DNA of 64,000 bases from Yuukianura sp. NJ FZ-2021 (taxonomy: Eukaryota). The translations under genes were made by a program, and so were the position numbers. The stretch covers positions 248,001 to 312,000 of the forward strand of contig CM102285.1 of NCBI GenBank assembly GCA_046563655.1, read 5' to 3'. The notes under the pieces were generated by a model, which searched no databases, was not told the DNA's origin, and worked only from the letters and a program-made list of their open reading frames with translations. Position 1 is the stretch's first letter; each line of letters starts with the position of its first letter. Shown piece by piece: positions 12,874 to 25,511 of this stretch.

Positions 12874-13019
12874 ATTGCTTGTTCAACGCGCGAAGAAGGA
12901 GGAAATTTGAATTTCAAACGTTTTTTAAAACAGTTTTGCCCAACTCCGTTGATGTGCTTGGTATGTTGTGAGTGGCTGCTACAGCAACTTGCCGTCTTTG
13001 ACTTCTTTGTTGGGAGGAA

Positions 13020-13120
13020 AGTGGGCGGAGTTTTGTGGTAGGAAAAGGGGCGGCGCATGCGCAAATTTCGGGTTTTTCGCCTTCTTCAGTCTTTTTCGCA
13101 GCTGACTCAGTGTCAGTCGT
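13020..13120 (+). promoter_or_regulatory. Likely Pol II promoter of the small acylated-protein gene
   Basis: GC boxes (GGGCGG at ~13023 and ~13048), an NRF1/Ewg-type palindrome GCGCATGCGC (13053-13062) and TCAGT initiator-like motifs precede a non-coding exon that ends at donor GTAAGT (13205). Confidence 0.6.
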
Positions 13121-13336
13121 CGTTTACTCTTCGTCGAAGGTGGTTGTCTCTGTCTGCTCCGCTTCCCGTCCACTATCCAGAATCGCTCCGTCCACTTCGG
13201 ACATGTAAGTGACCTCTGACCTTGTTATTGATGATGATTAACGATAACTTACTGCAGTCGATCGTTTTATCTAACTCTCATGTCGTTTTTGTTTCGTTTT
13301 AGCCCTCGTGTCACAACCAGTTGAAGCAGCCAGGTC

Positions 13337-14838
13337 ATGGGTCAGTGTTGCGGAAAGAAGAAGGCTCCGGCTGATGATGCCGATGGTGCTGATGGTAAGA
13401 TCAGTCAATCATCAATCAATTAATGAAAGATTTAATGGGTATAATGGTTTTCATTGATTAATTGGATTCTGTTTGGTTTTTAGTGGCCGGTGGTGGTCAA
13501 AGTCTGACGTCGGCTGCTGGTCAGAGCCAACGTCCGAGTGCAGTTGAGGCCAACCAAGCTGATGGTGGCGGGATGTAGCATGGTCGGTGACCTTCTTCTC
13601 ATCGTTTCAACCAATCGACACATTCTCAATTACTTTACTCAATTATTCTCAAATTCTCTGTTTAGTCTCGCTATGGTCTGATCAAATTGCTCAATTTACA
13701 ATTACTTTTAAAGAGTTTAAATTATGAAACGTCAAGTCATGAGAGGAGAGTGGGTTTGAGTACCCAATGTACAAATAAAGTCCAAACGATGATTTTGATT
13801 ACTATATACTTAATACGACTCATTTAATGTACTACTTGCTTTGCTTGGTGTTAGTTGATTGTACTTTGGATAAGTTTACTTCGATTACTAATTAACTTAA
13901 ACTTAAAATTTTAAATCGAGTTTGGAGAGAACCTGATCCTTACCTTAACTTTTTTCTTTGTTAACGTTGTAGGCTCAACTTTTTCCAACGGCCAAACATC
14001 TGTACCTGGTCCAGGAAGTCCAGCGCCGGACAAGAAGTAAACACTTCTGCAATTACTTTATCTTGAGCACTAATTGTTAATTAACTAATTTTGAATTAGT
14101 AATTAGCAATTAGTTCAATTGTCAGTGGATTTCCAGTTTCGTATGTACACTATATCCTTACTGGCTACTACTACTACTAAAAAGGAAATCTGAATAAGGG
14201 TAAACTGTCTAATACCGCCTGAGTTGATTCGATTTATCTCGATTAATTGGTCAATTACTTTGGATTTTGATTTTGGTATGCTTTGATTAGTCCATCGAGG
14301 ATTGTAACTGTCTACCGTTAGCAGAAAACGACAGATCGACGAAAATACCTTACCAAACGTCAGTCGTTAATCAGGATACAACCACTTACGTTATGGAGAC
14401 GGACAGGACTGATCAGCTTTGTGTTCTACGTCATTTGATGGTCCAGGTCAAGAACTACTTGAGTCGCATGTCAGTTGCAGTCAAACGGAAGGAACTCGTT
14501 ACCTCCAGTGTCACCAACTCGCTCTTCTCCTTCCTCTACCTCTTACAAAGTCACATCCTGGATACCAACTTTATGGAAGTAAGTTAATCGATTAACTCAA
14601 CCTTAACTTAACGGACATTGACGTAACAACCTCCTGTGTTTCTTAGGAAGAAGACGTTAACGTTTTGAAATCAATCCAAGTCGCGGCTCGGACACACATT
14701 CCAGGGATTCCGCTAATCTCCATCGTCATGTGGAACCTTATCCAAGTTGCTGAAAGTATTTTTCAAAAATACTGTCACCAAAACAAGAACGGCGGCAATC
14801 CCAACGCTCTACAACTACTTGTGGTCTCGGCTCTATGA
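13337..14838 (+). CDS. Small N-myristoylated/palmitoylated protein with three alternative 3' exon sets
   Basis: Shared exon 13337-13394 encodes MGQCCGKKKAPADDADGAD with a phase-1 donor GTAAGA. It splices in frame to A 13484-13578 (50 aa total), to B 13973-14040 (41 aa), or to C 14322-14578 + 14647-14838 (~168 aa). Confidence 0.7.
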
Positions 14839-15402
14839 ACGTACGCTCTGATTGACGAAGTGACCTCGTGACCTCCAAATCCATGCAAAATCCAGACAAA
14901 CTCCAGCTAGACAAATTCCCGCAAAAACCTGCAAATTCAGTCAAATTCTTACCAAATATTAAATCCATACAAATTCCTGCAAAATCGCAACCGGTCGTAA
15001 GTTAGTTTTTTATTAAATTTAAAACACAAGTGACCTTACAAAACTAAACATATACTATACTTCTATGGAAACGAAATTTTTTGTGGCTGCGCATTAGAAA
15101 TTAAATCCTCTTGGTCTACGCATCTTGACTTAAGAATCTGTTTCTGTTTCAAAAAAGTGCAAATGTGAGGTAACGATGAGAATATTGTTTTTGATCTCTA
15201 AAAGTAAAACTAAAAAAACGTCGGTAACAGAAATACTTTTTGTGACATACGGTACAATTTGTGCTTAAAAACTACAAAACTTTGTAAATTGCCACTCTTT
15301 GATCTATGCAGAATACTGCTCATTGCAGCAGTGACTAGAAATTGGTGATTGGAAGCTTCTGATTGGTCGACACAGTGTACAACCGTCTGTGATTGGCTAA
15401 AT

Positions 15403-18400
15403 TCAGTCTCCTGGTTGCATTGATCCTTTCTTCTTGCGCGCAGAATCTTGGCGGAGGTACTTGAGCCTCTCTTTCTCCTGCGAATTCTCGGCTGGTTCGC
15501 AGTCGTAGGAAGCCAGGCAGAGAGCTGTGCACAAAAATTCAAAATTTCTAATTTTTACGCATGTGCAAAAAATTTGAAAAAGAAAACTGACCAGTTTCGC
15601 CAAGAATTGGCGCCGTTTGTAACGTATTTAAAACGTTTTGAACTTTCGGGAACGGACAACTGACTTGCTGCCAAGCTCCGACTTCCGTTACTTGCTTCGC
15701 CAACTGCCAAAACTTTTCAAAGTTGATGTGACCCGTAGGAAGTCTAAAAACAAAAATTTTGAAAATTTTAAACTTCAAAATCCCAGAATTTCAAAATTTT
15801 GAAAATTTTAAACTTACTTGGAAGTACACCCTTCATTGAGAAAATACAAGTCCTTGACCAACAGCGAAAAAAACGGAATGACAATTTTCTCACGCTCGTC
15901 CGTCGCTCCGACCGCTCGCCAAACAGCAGCCTTTAAATTCAGAAAAACCCACAAAATCCCAAATCATTCTCTAATTTTTTTTTCTTCAAAATTTCGAAAC
16001 AGTTTTTCAAAAACCAACTTTGAGTGTAGCTCTATATGAGGCGAAATTTGAGGTAGGATCCATCTGATGTTCTAGAACGGACAGTTGCGTTCGATTAATC
16101 TTGGCCCAAGTTTTCTTGAGTCTGGCGACTGGCGACATGTTCAGCCCAGCGACCAGCGCCATCAGAGAATTGAAATTCCCAATGTTAAAACACTCCCGCG
16201 CAGTCTCAATCCAGTACTCGGTCACACGCATGCGCAGCTTCTTTTTCTCTACTTTGCATATTTCAGTGGCGACATAAAACGAGAGACGGTTGAACCACAT
16301 CACATACGACTCCAAGTTTCGCGTTTTCTTGCTCTCTTTCCACTTCCCCTCAGGATCTTTAGTAAACGCCTAAAAAACATTTCCAAATTTCAAACTTTTC
16401 AAAATTCAAAATTTCAAACTTTTCAAAATTTTGAAACCTGAACAAACTCCTCTGGCCCAATGTGTGACAGTCGTTCTAGTTCGATGTGCGTCAACTGCTG
16501 GGCCAAAACAGTCGGACTCGTGCAAATTACAGCGATTGACACCTTATAAAAAAACCAACAATGTCAATTTTAAATTTCAATTTTTTAAAAAATTTTCAAT
16601 TTTTCAAAATTTCAATTTTTTTAAACACTTTGTATCAAACTCACACTTGAAATTGGCTGTGAAAGGGGCGAGTCTACGGAAATCCGGTGTAGAAAATCTT
16701 CGTATCTTTCTAACGCAGTGAGTTTCGCCAGTAAATGACTCAGCAGAGCGGAAACGTCTTTACGGATCTGAAAATTTCAAAAGCACCTTTTTAGAAAAAG
16801 TTTCAAAATTTCAATTTTTTTCTAAAATTTTTTTGTTGAACGTACTGCTGGATGGAGAGTGACACACTTGTGTGTGATTGTCCTGACATGGCCCATCATC
16901 CTCTCATCCCTGAAGTCATAGGGGAATAGTTGTGACCACTCTGCCAGGAGACTCACGACTCTAGAAATGATGGCCGTGTCTTTGGCCGTCACGAAGTTGT
17001 TGGAGTGATGGGTCGTGGCCAGGGCTAGTCGAAACACTCTGCCTAAAAGTTCATGAGGTCGAATGTACAGGCGAGAGCAGAGCACAAAAGCAAACACAAA
17101 GGAGTGCTGCGGGTAATGCGTCTGCGTGGGAACCAAATGCTGAATCAGTCCATCCAAACTTCCCGCAACCAAAACTCCACCAGTATACACAAGGGCCTAT
17201 AATCGACCAATCAGAATCAAGAATTAGGTTTTCCCGGCAAAAAGTGTCAAAATTCTAAGGATTTGGAGTTTGAATTTTGGACACCTTACATGATTGTAGG
17301 CCAAGTCTTGATGCTGCGCGAGATGGCCCAAGAATTGTGGATTGCTGCGCAGATTCGTGAGTGGTGATGGACTGCCATTGGCTGCAGACACTTTCCGGTG
17401 TTGGTACAAAGGAGAGTCCGGCGAGGGACAAGGCGTTCCGAACAGACTCGGCTAAAAATAACAAAACAAAAGCTACACAATTTAACAAAAAAAAATCAGC
17501 ATTTCTTCAATTCTGTTCCAAACTCAAAATTCTAAAACAAAGTAACGGTGCTCTTTTTTAAAAAAATGCTCTTCTTTAAAAACCGAATGCAAAAGAAAAA
17601 ACAGAAAATTTATTTCGTTGTTCAGAATGTATTGCGTGGTTCAAAGAAAAGTTGCAACAGAAACATGATATTGATTTCGTCTATCTTTGAGGTCACTGCC
17701 CTCTGTCCGTTTTTTTCTAAAGTCAATGACCCGTGCCTCTCCATTTGAAAACTTGAAGTCATTGTCCTCCGCCTCAGTTGCTTTCTTATGAAGGCCATTG
17801 ACCTTCGCCTCTCCATTTGGAAACTTGAGGTCATTGACCTTGGCCTCTCCATTTGGAAACTTGAGGTCATTGACCTTGGCCTCTCCATTTGAAAACTTGA
17901 GGAGGTCACTGTCCTCTGTCCCAGTTACTTTTTTACAGAGGTCATTGACCTGCATCTTCCAAATCGGAAACTTGAGGTCATTGACCTTGGCCTCCCCATT
18001 TGAAAACTTGAGGTCATTGACCTTTGCCGTTCGAATTGGAAACTTGAGGTCATTGACCTGCGCTTGCTCAAGCTTTTCCAGTGTCAAAAGGTTACTGACC
18101 CTGGGCGACGGTGATGAGGAGTACGACGACGAGCTGGCCGACGACATTGACGCCGACATTGAGTTCGATTCATGTCGTTCGTGCTGTCTCGGTCGCAGTT
18201 CGTGATGTCGTGAGAAATAATTCTGCCCAGTATTTGTACTTTTCGCTGGAATCGTCATTCGCTCCAATTGGCCTCCCAGTCCACCAATCCCATCGTTCTG
18301 AGATACTTGCAGCGATTCCACCAGTTTCAGCGATTCTGGAGGAATCAGCGATCCAGTATTCTCAGATGTCCACACTTCCGTTGTCTTGCTCTCGTATTCA

Positions 18401-18777
18401 TTGTCTTCCTCCACTTCTTTTAGTCTCTCATCTACTAAAATCCCATGTTTGTCTCTCAGTGTGAGCAGTTCAGTCGTTTTTGTAGTTGATTTTGTATTGA
18501 CAGTAGTTTCCAGCTCAACCGGCGCTTTTAAAATTCCCGCCCTCATGAGAATGTCATTCAACAGTTCAGATGGCGGAACTTGTCCAGCGATCAGCGCTTT
18601 CTTGATCCTCTCTCCCTCTTCTCCGTGCAGCGTCACTGGATACCCGTTGACCAATAAGATTTCTTCTGACTGGAAATTTGTACTCTTCTCACAGTCAATG
18701 ACTCTCGTTCCTTTGCCAGCCAAAGACTCCACTTTACGCTGAATCTCAAGGTCATCCATCGCTTCCAAAGGCTCCAT
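15403..18777 (-). CDS. RASGEF1: Ras guanine-nucleotide exchange factor, RasGEF1 family (REM + CDC25 domains)
   Basis: REM: ALVYTGGVLVAGSLDGLIQHLVP...FPYDFRDERMM. CDC25: YVMWFNRLSFYVATEIC...ECFNIGNFNSLMALVAGLNMSPVARLKKTW...MDPTSNFASYR and RLPTGHINFEKFWQLAKQV. C-terminus LASYDCEPAENSQEKERLK. The long first coding exon ~18091-18777 splices in phase 0 to 17290-17451. Start is tentative. Confidence 0.9.
17715..18060. repeat. 36-bp minisatellite containing the IR1 palindrome AGGTCATTGACCT
   Basis: Perfect copies at 17828, 17864, 17939, 17975, 18011 and 18047, with degenerate ones near 17720, 17756 and 17791. Confidence 0.9.
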
Positions 18778-18959
18778 CGCTTGATCGCTCCTAAAAATAA
18801 CACAAAAACATAAGTCAACATCAATCAAGCGATTAAGCATTCATGATAACACGAACATAACAAAAGAGTTGAATCCACTTTCAAGTACAAGCGGGAAAAA
18901 ACTTCTTTCGATTGATTCAAAAATCAATTTTAGTCTGACAGAAGTTTTTTTTTCCCAAA

Positions 18960-19165
18960 CTTGTGAATTTTGAAAACCGTGGCTTTTGAATTTTGAAAAT
19001 TGAAAACCGTGGCTTTTGACTTTTTAAACATGTCACTTTCACTTTGGACTTTTGAAAACTGTGACTTTGGACTTTTGAATTTTAAAAACTGTGACTTTCA
19101 AATTTTGAAAACTGTGAATTTTGACTTTTGAAAACTTTGACTTTTGACTTTGGTTTGTTTTGACG
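18960..19165. repeat. Degenerate short tandem repeat (TTTTGAAAACTGTGACTTTG-like)
   Basis: The motif recurs about 7 times with variation. Confidence 0.65.
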
Positions 19166-19613
19166 CTGAATCGCTTCATCGCTGATACAAAGATCAATAA
19201 CCTTACAAAGTTCTTTAAAAAAAGCTGGAAAAACGCAAGCTTTGTTTGAAAAATGCAAGGTGTCGCTGTTTTTTGTAGCTGAGCGCTGATTGCTTTTTCA
19301 ATCGCTGCACGCTGCTGCTGTTAGGCGGTTTCGCTGCTGTTCATTTCAACCAATATTTCCTTCAACATTAAAATAAATTCCTTCAAGGGTCATTATTTTG
19401 GTTCTAAACGACCAAGCGGCGCCTGTTTTCAAAAAAAAATCCCGGTTTCGTTTTTTCAAAACTTTTTTTTTTCCGAAAACAATTTTCAAAACATGCAGCT
19501 CTCAGCTTCTGTAACACATTACATTTTGAGAGCCATTAACCGCATTCCACATTCCATCTTTCCATCCCACTTCTAGCCTCTTTACATTCAAACTCTTACT
19601 CAATTTTTTTTTC

Positions 19614-19646
<33 letters not shown>

Positions 19647-20419
19647 TTTTGAAATTTTTTTTTTGAACTTTACCTCTCTACTGAACCTTACGTCTGCAAC
19701 ACTTTCTGTTTCAGTTTTTGAATACTTTCTGAAAACGCGGCGCTGGAATTTGAAAAGTTGTAGATTTCTGAAATTCCGAAACTCTGAAAATTTCAGAAAT
19801 TTATGAAACTCCGAAATTTCTTAAACTGAAATGCTGCTGTCAGCTGTCTCCCTCCGCTCCGTGTGAAAAAGTAGTGAAAGTTGATGATGCGTGTTGTGCT
19901 TTCTGCTCTTTCAGTAGAAAAAGTACTTTTTAGTAGAAAAAGTAAATTTTGATGATCAACTTTTAGTTCCTGGATGCCCGATGTTTCGTGTCCATCGTCA
20001 CCATCAAAAAAGTAAGCACTAACTTTTACCCGGGTAACTTTGAATTTTGAATTTTTTAAAAGTAGCGCGGTACTTGAGGTTTTAGTTCAACTAAAGCTTC
20101 CTTATTGGTTTTTGGTTTACTTGCTGCTCCTGCGTTTGAATGAACCTAATAACTTCCTCAGTTCTTTTGTTTACTCTAGCTACGCTTCCGTACGCTGCTC
20201 AAATCGCTGAATCGCTGATGCTGGTTGCACAGCGAGTGGCACGTGTCTGTCAGAGTTCAAGCAATGATTAGGAATCACCTCCCCTCCAACCCCGGGATTC
20301 CAAAGACTATAAAATACACAAAAGTAAACATTCAACTTTACGATCTTCAAAATTACTCAAAGCACAACACCAAAAACATGTTCCGGGAAATTTAAAAAAC
20401 ATGTTAAAATCATAAAAGT

Positions 20420-20735
20420 TAACAAGGAAAGCAAAATCCAAAAAGTTAAAAAAAAAAAGAAAAAAATCAAGTTAAAGCAAGGTCGAGCTAAATTCCAAAG
20501 CAAGATCAAGCTAAAGCAGCCGCAAAATTAAAGAATTTAAAATCAACAGCAAAATCAAAAAATCGAAATGAAACTCAAAAAATTTAAAATCAACAGCAAG
20601 TTAAAACGGAAAGCAAAATCTAAAAAGTTAGAATCAAAAGCAAAATCTAAAAAGTTAGAATCAAAAGCAAACTCTAAAAACTTAAGATCAAAAGCAAAAT
20701 CAAGGTAAGAATCAAAAGTAAAATCAACAAAGAAC
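20420..20735. repeat. Degenerate ~24-bp tandem repeat (AAAGCAAAATCTAAAAAGTTAGAATC)
   Basis: Visible periodicity, which also explains the spurious FAFDSNFLD ORF. Confidence 0.65.
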
Positions 20736-21228
20736 ACTTCTTGTCTTTTACTGTTTCAAAAAGTTCTGGAGAGTTTCTTACCAAAAATGGTAGTTGGATG
20801 ATTGTGAAGAAGATGAGTATTTGTGGTGCTTATCTTAATGTCCAAAGTCATTAAGGTGTGAAATGCTTCGTCAGCATGTGCTGGATGCTTGAATATGCTT
20901 GATTGGAATCTTAAAGTGGAACAAGTGTCTTCGTCTCCAAAGTTGTTAATGCGTCAAAACTTTACAAAAACAAACTCCTACACACCCATTCACAGGAACT
21001 GCCTGAGGTAAACACTCAATCCAATCCACTCTCCAATTTCACGTAAATAATTCACACGTTAACACGCACCTCGTACACGTAAACACGGAGATCGAAGGTT
21101 GAGGAAATAGAAGATGCTAAATTATTCTGCACGATGATCAGAAAGTTTGTAGGATTGGCTCCACTCTACACTTTTTAGTCTCAGTATTTATCCACTTCCG
21201 CACTTCAAACTTCAAATCCAACTTCTTC

Positions 21229-21313
21229 TTAGGTTACGCTGAAAACCTTGTTAGGTTATGCTGAAAACCTTGTTAGGTTATACTGAAAACCTTGTTAGGT
21301 TACGCTGAAAACT
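21229..21313. repeat. 22-bp tandem repeat TTAGGTTA(C/T)(G/A)CTGAAAACCTTG, ~4 copies
   Basis: Four near-identical adjacent units. Confidence 0.85.
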
Positions 21314-24300
21314 GTCCGGGTATGTTGAAAACTGCATAGTATGTTGCTGGAAAAACGAAACCACGATGCTGGAAGTATTCTTGGTCCACTCAATTATTAA
21401 TTTATTCCACTTGAGCACCAAACAAGAACACTTGAAACTGGTGCTATGCTGGTGCACTGGTGCTATGCTATGCTGGTGCTGGTGTGGTGAGATCGCAGAT
21501 CACTGTGAAAAAACAAAAAAGAGTAAATGGATTGGATAAGGACCAAGCTAAACCATAAATCCGAACTTAAGTTGATTGTGTCTGACACTTTGCAGGATCC
21601 ACTTACCAACTTTAACTTCTAAAAAGAGACAAACTATATAGTAAATTTCTGTTTTTGCAGCACATACTTGCAGTAGTACTGGCAGTACTTCCACCTTCTC
21701 CACTCTCTGAATGTCTCAATCCAACTGAGAGTTGCAGAATCTCAATCCTTCGTTTCTTTTTTGTGTTTGTTGAACAGAGTAGGGGGAAGAAGGGGGTTGT
21801 GGATGAGTCACTTTGAACGTCAAACCGCCGCCGTTGCGTTGTTGTTCACAACACTTTCTACTTTCGGTTAAATTTTAAGTGGAACTTTAGATTAGGAATC
21901 CAGTACATCCATCCTCCTCTCCTTGTTTCTCTTCACGTGCTTAAATCTCTGCAAAAAATATAACAAACAATTACTTTAGTCACTCATTCATATGCAAAGT
22001 AAATCCAAAAATATACTATGCTAAAAAGATGATGACCAAAAAGATGATACTAAAGTATTACATGCGGCTCCATGGCTGGTATGTCACATGACATGCCAAT
22101 TACACTAAATTTAAGTCAAACAAAATTCAAATGAAGAGCCACTTAATGCAACTTTTTTTTTAGTAAATACAACCAAGATTGATCTAAAAACTGAAGAAAA
22201 AACTAAAAAAAAAAAAACAGACGCAGGCGCCATAATAAAACACAAAAACTAAAGTAAACCCTTGACCTTTGACCTAATCTGACCCGTCAATCGACTAATC
22301 TGATTTATCTGATTAATCCGAGTATTAGTAAGATCAGAGACAACTTTGCCATTTAGTAATCTCTGATTGGCAACGATCAGACATGTACCGTTTTCCTAAA
22401 TTGATAAATTGGATTTGCAACTGTTACGAGGTCAAATCGTGACCTCTTTTTCATCTTTACATGTACCGACTGTGCCAAAAGGTCACAAGTGCCCAAGAAA
22501 GTAAAAAATCAACCGTTAACTTAACCTGAAACTGTCAACATTCGACAATTTCAACTTAACTTTCGTTGTTCTCTCAATTCTGGGCCCCACGGGGGCCGTA
22601 CTTTGGTCCAATACGGTCGTGATGTACGAAAGTGCAAAAGCGGGAAAATTAAAAAAAAACGTTATGTACTCGACAAGATCTTTATCATTTTCATTGTGCC
22701 ATTCCAAAATTAAATTTTGGGAAAGCCATTAAACCGAGAGATTTAAGAGAAGATCTTCTTAACTTGAAGGAACTTAACAAAATGAGATCTCGGGTGCTGA
22801 GGCTGGAGAAACAGCATTCAATTTGTGCATTTTCTAGAAAAAGGCGGGTAGTATGGTAATCCTAGCCATAAAATTATTCAAACAGCCAACGACACAAGAA
22901 CGTTTTTTTGGAAAAGTGGATTTAACAGTGTTAAATTAACACTGCCTTGAGCCTTTGACCTTGGCTGTTTCGTTGGTCGATAGTTAATTTTTAATTTCCT
23001 TCTGAAAATTACTCTTCCTTCCAGACGTTGTGCCACGGTGCTTTCAAAATCTTAAGAAATTGGTTGCGGTATTGCGGTTCTGCGGTTTTTGGTTGGGCTA
23101 CCTTCTTCATTCGTCGCCTTTGCGGTAATTGAGTTTGAGATTGATTGTCATGCTATTCAACATGCAACCTTATGTAATATCGCTCGTAACTTCCCAACCG
23201 AACAGCTCCTGTCAAAATTTTCGGTTTCTGAAAATAAAAAAATCAAATGAAATTTAATAACTCTGGTCATGAGACCACACGAGCTTACGGCAAATCCAAA
23301 CCTAAACCCTGAGACATGGTTACCTAATAATAATGCGTCGCTGACAACTAAAAAAAACTGAAACTAAACTTAAACTTTAATAAGTCGAACTAAAACTAAT
23401 CCAATCAACAAATTAAGTTAAAACCAAAAATATTTAGTATCCCCTACGAATCCGTTGTCCGTGACCGCCAGATCGCAAAGGAGCGAAACCAAAATCTAAT
23501 CCTTAAAAACGATAAGCCTAATTCCATTGTGTCAGTGAAAGATTACTACAATTACCGAATCAGTAATTGAACAAAGAAATTGAGAAATCCAATTGCTTCA
23601 AATGCTGACATCCTTTGATAATAGCTTCAATTCATGTGATCATGTCCTTACTACATTACGATTAGCATAGCTTATTGACAAAATCCTCCTTCGCCTTCCT
23701 CACCTCGATCTAAACAATGAGCAATTAATAATTTCACACCTTTCAAGAGCCAATATCTGCTAAGTCATCTCCTGATTATGGAATACCGAAAAGTTAATTC
23801 TACGTTTGATTTATAGACTGCGCAAGAAAAAACGATTCTAGAACTAAAGTAAAGACTAACCTTGAGCAGTGAATTCGGTACTACAGGTACAGGCACAAAT
23901 GCAAAAATGGCTGTACCAATCCAATGTTCACAGAACAAGGACAAGCACTCGATTTGAGGTTGTTACCAAAACCAAACTGAAGTAATTGATGAAAAACGGA
24001 TTGATGATTGATGACTTTTCTGTCCCGAAATCTCTGGAAACGTAATGCCAAGATGATAGCGAAACGACGTTGAATGATGATTTATGATCCAGATCTAGAA
24101 CCCATGTGTTTTCTGGAACAAAGAGATTCTGGATACCTTGTTGATATTTTTACATCACGTGATCGCTGTAAACTTTAAAACATCTTAAGGTTGGTGTACA
24201 CTGCGAAAACTGTACACAATAAACGAATATTTGCCGTTTCAGGAAAACTCGGAGCACTTTTTTCGCGTCCGTCTCACTGCAAGTCTCCTTCAGAACTGAA

Positions 24301-25511
24301 GAGTGAGTTGTAGAAAAAAGAGAATTCGGAGTTTTCGGAGCTCCGGGTAGCTTCTGAGACACTCCGGGAGCAGTCTAGGAAGATGCACTTTCACTACGTC
24401 TTATGCACTGCAGTTATTCTGGAATGGAGACCGATGAACTGGTGATATTCTGGAAAAGTCTAAGATATCCAACAGAGAGGGTCCTCCCCCACTTGGATCT
24501 GGGAAAATAACAGCTGTATTTTTGAAAGCTTAGTGGGGAGAGGAAGAAAACGGACAATAATACCCGCATTCCAGAATAAACCGAGTCCTCAATTCCCCCC
24601 TACCGGGTAGATCACATTTACAACGATACGTCAATTACTATTTCCACATAGGAACAACAAAACGTGAAAATGCGTCTCCGCGAAATTTTCACTCGCGCGG
24701 ATAACCCATTTTTAGCGACATTAGGTATAACCTATGATATTTTTGGAAGAGAGTGAAAGTAATACCCGGGTATTACTGAATGCCCGGGTATTTGGAAATA
24801 CTGGGAGATAAGGAAATAACTCTGGTTTTAGGGTTAGAGGGAGAGGGTGAGTGATTGGAATTTGAGTCATCCCCGTCTCTTCCTATGCTTTTCTCTTTTG
24901 TTGTCAGATGCAATATCACGAACATGAGTCATCCAATTACCTTCCATTTTCTGTAAATTTAAGCTTACGGTAATGCAGTCCCTTAATTACAATTCGATTA
25001 CTTCAAATTATGGATCATAAATTCACAAATGGAAAGTATTTTGTCATCCTAATTTCAAAATTAGACTTAAATTACTTTAAAATTACAATTCCAATGAGTG
25101 TAACCGTGTAACAACTAGTAATTACCAAGTAATTGAATTATAAATTGCGAAAGAACTTTGGATATTAATGGAAATGCGTAAATCGTTATTACACAAAAAT
25201 TGGCGTGCGCGATTTAGCGATATATTCTGAATTTCACGCTGTCTGTTTCCATGGCAGTAAGTGGCAGGCTTTATTCTTTGTTTATGTTTTCAAAACTGGC
25301 GGTTGCGCAGACGTGTGAGAAGATCACAGCTGAAAACAAAGACTGGAAGACCGTACGCGTACCTTCAATTTTGTAGTTGCTGTCATTTTATTTTCATCGT
25401 TCAATCTTCAATTACTAATCGAAACTTAACTAATTCAACTAAGTCAAGTCAACTAAGTCAACTAATTGATTCCGCAGTTGGTGTTCTAGTTTGACCTCCA
25501 CTTAATCGAAA

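Noticed and set aside
17641-18840. The 399-aa ORF as a stand-alone gene
   Set aside because: It has an acceptor at 18790 and a phase-0 donor at ~18090 that joins the RasGEF exons. The remainder is a minisatellite, kept only as a possible retained-intron isoform.
19615-19644. Poly(A) run as a retrocopy or SINE tail
   Set aside because: No TSD or recognisable body upstream. It is flanked by T-runs and looks like a simple homopolymer.
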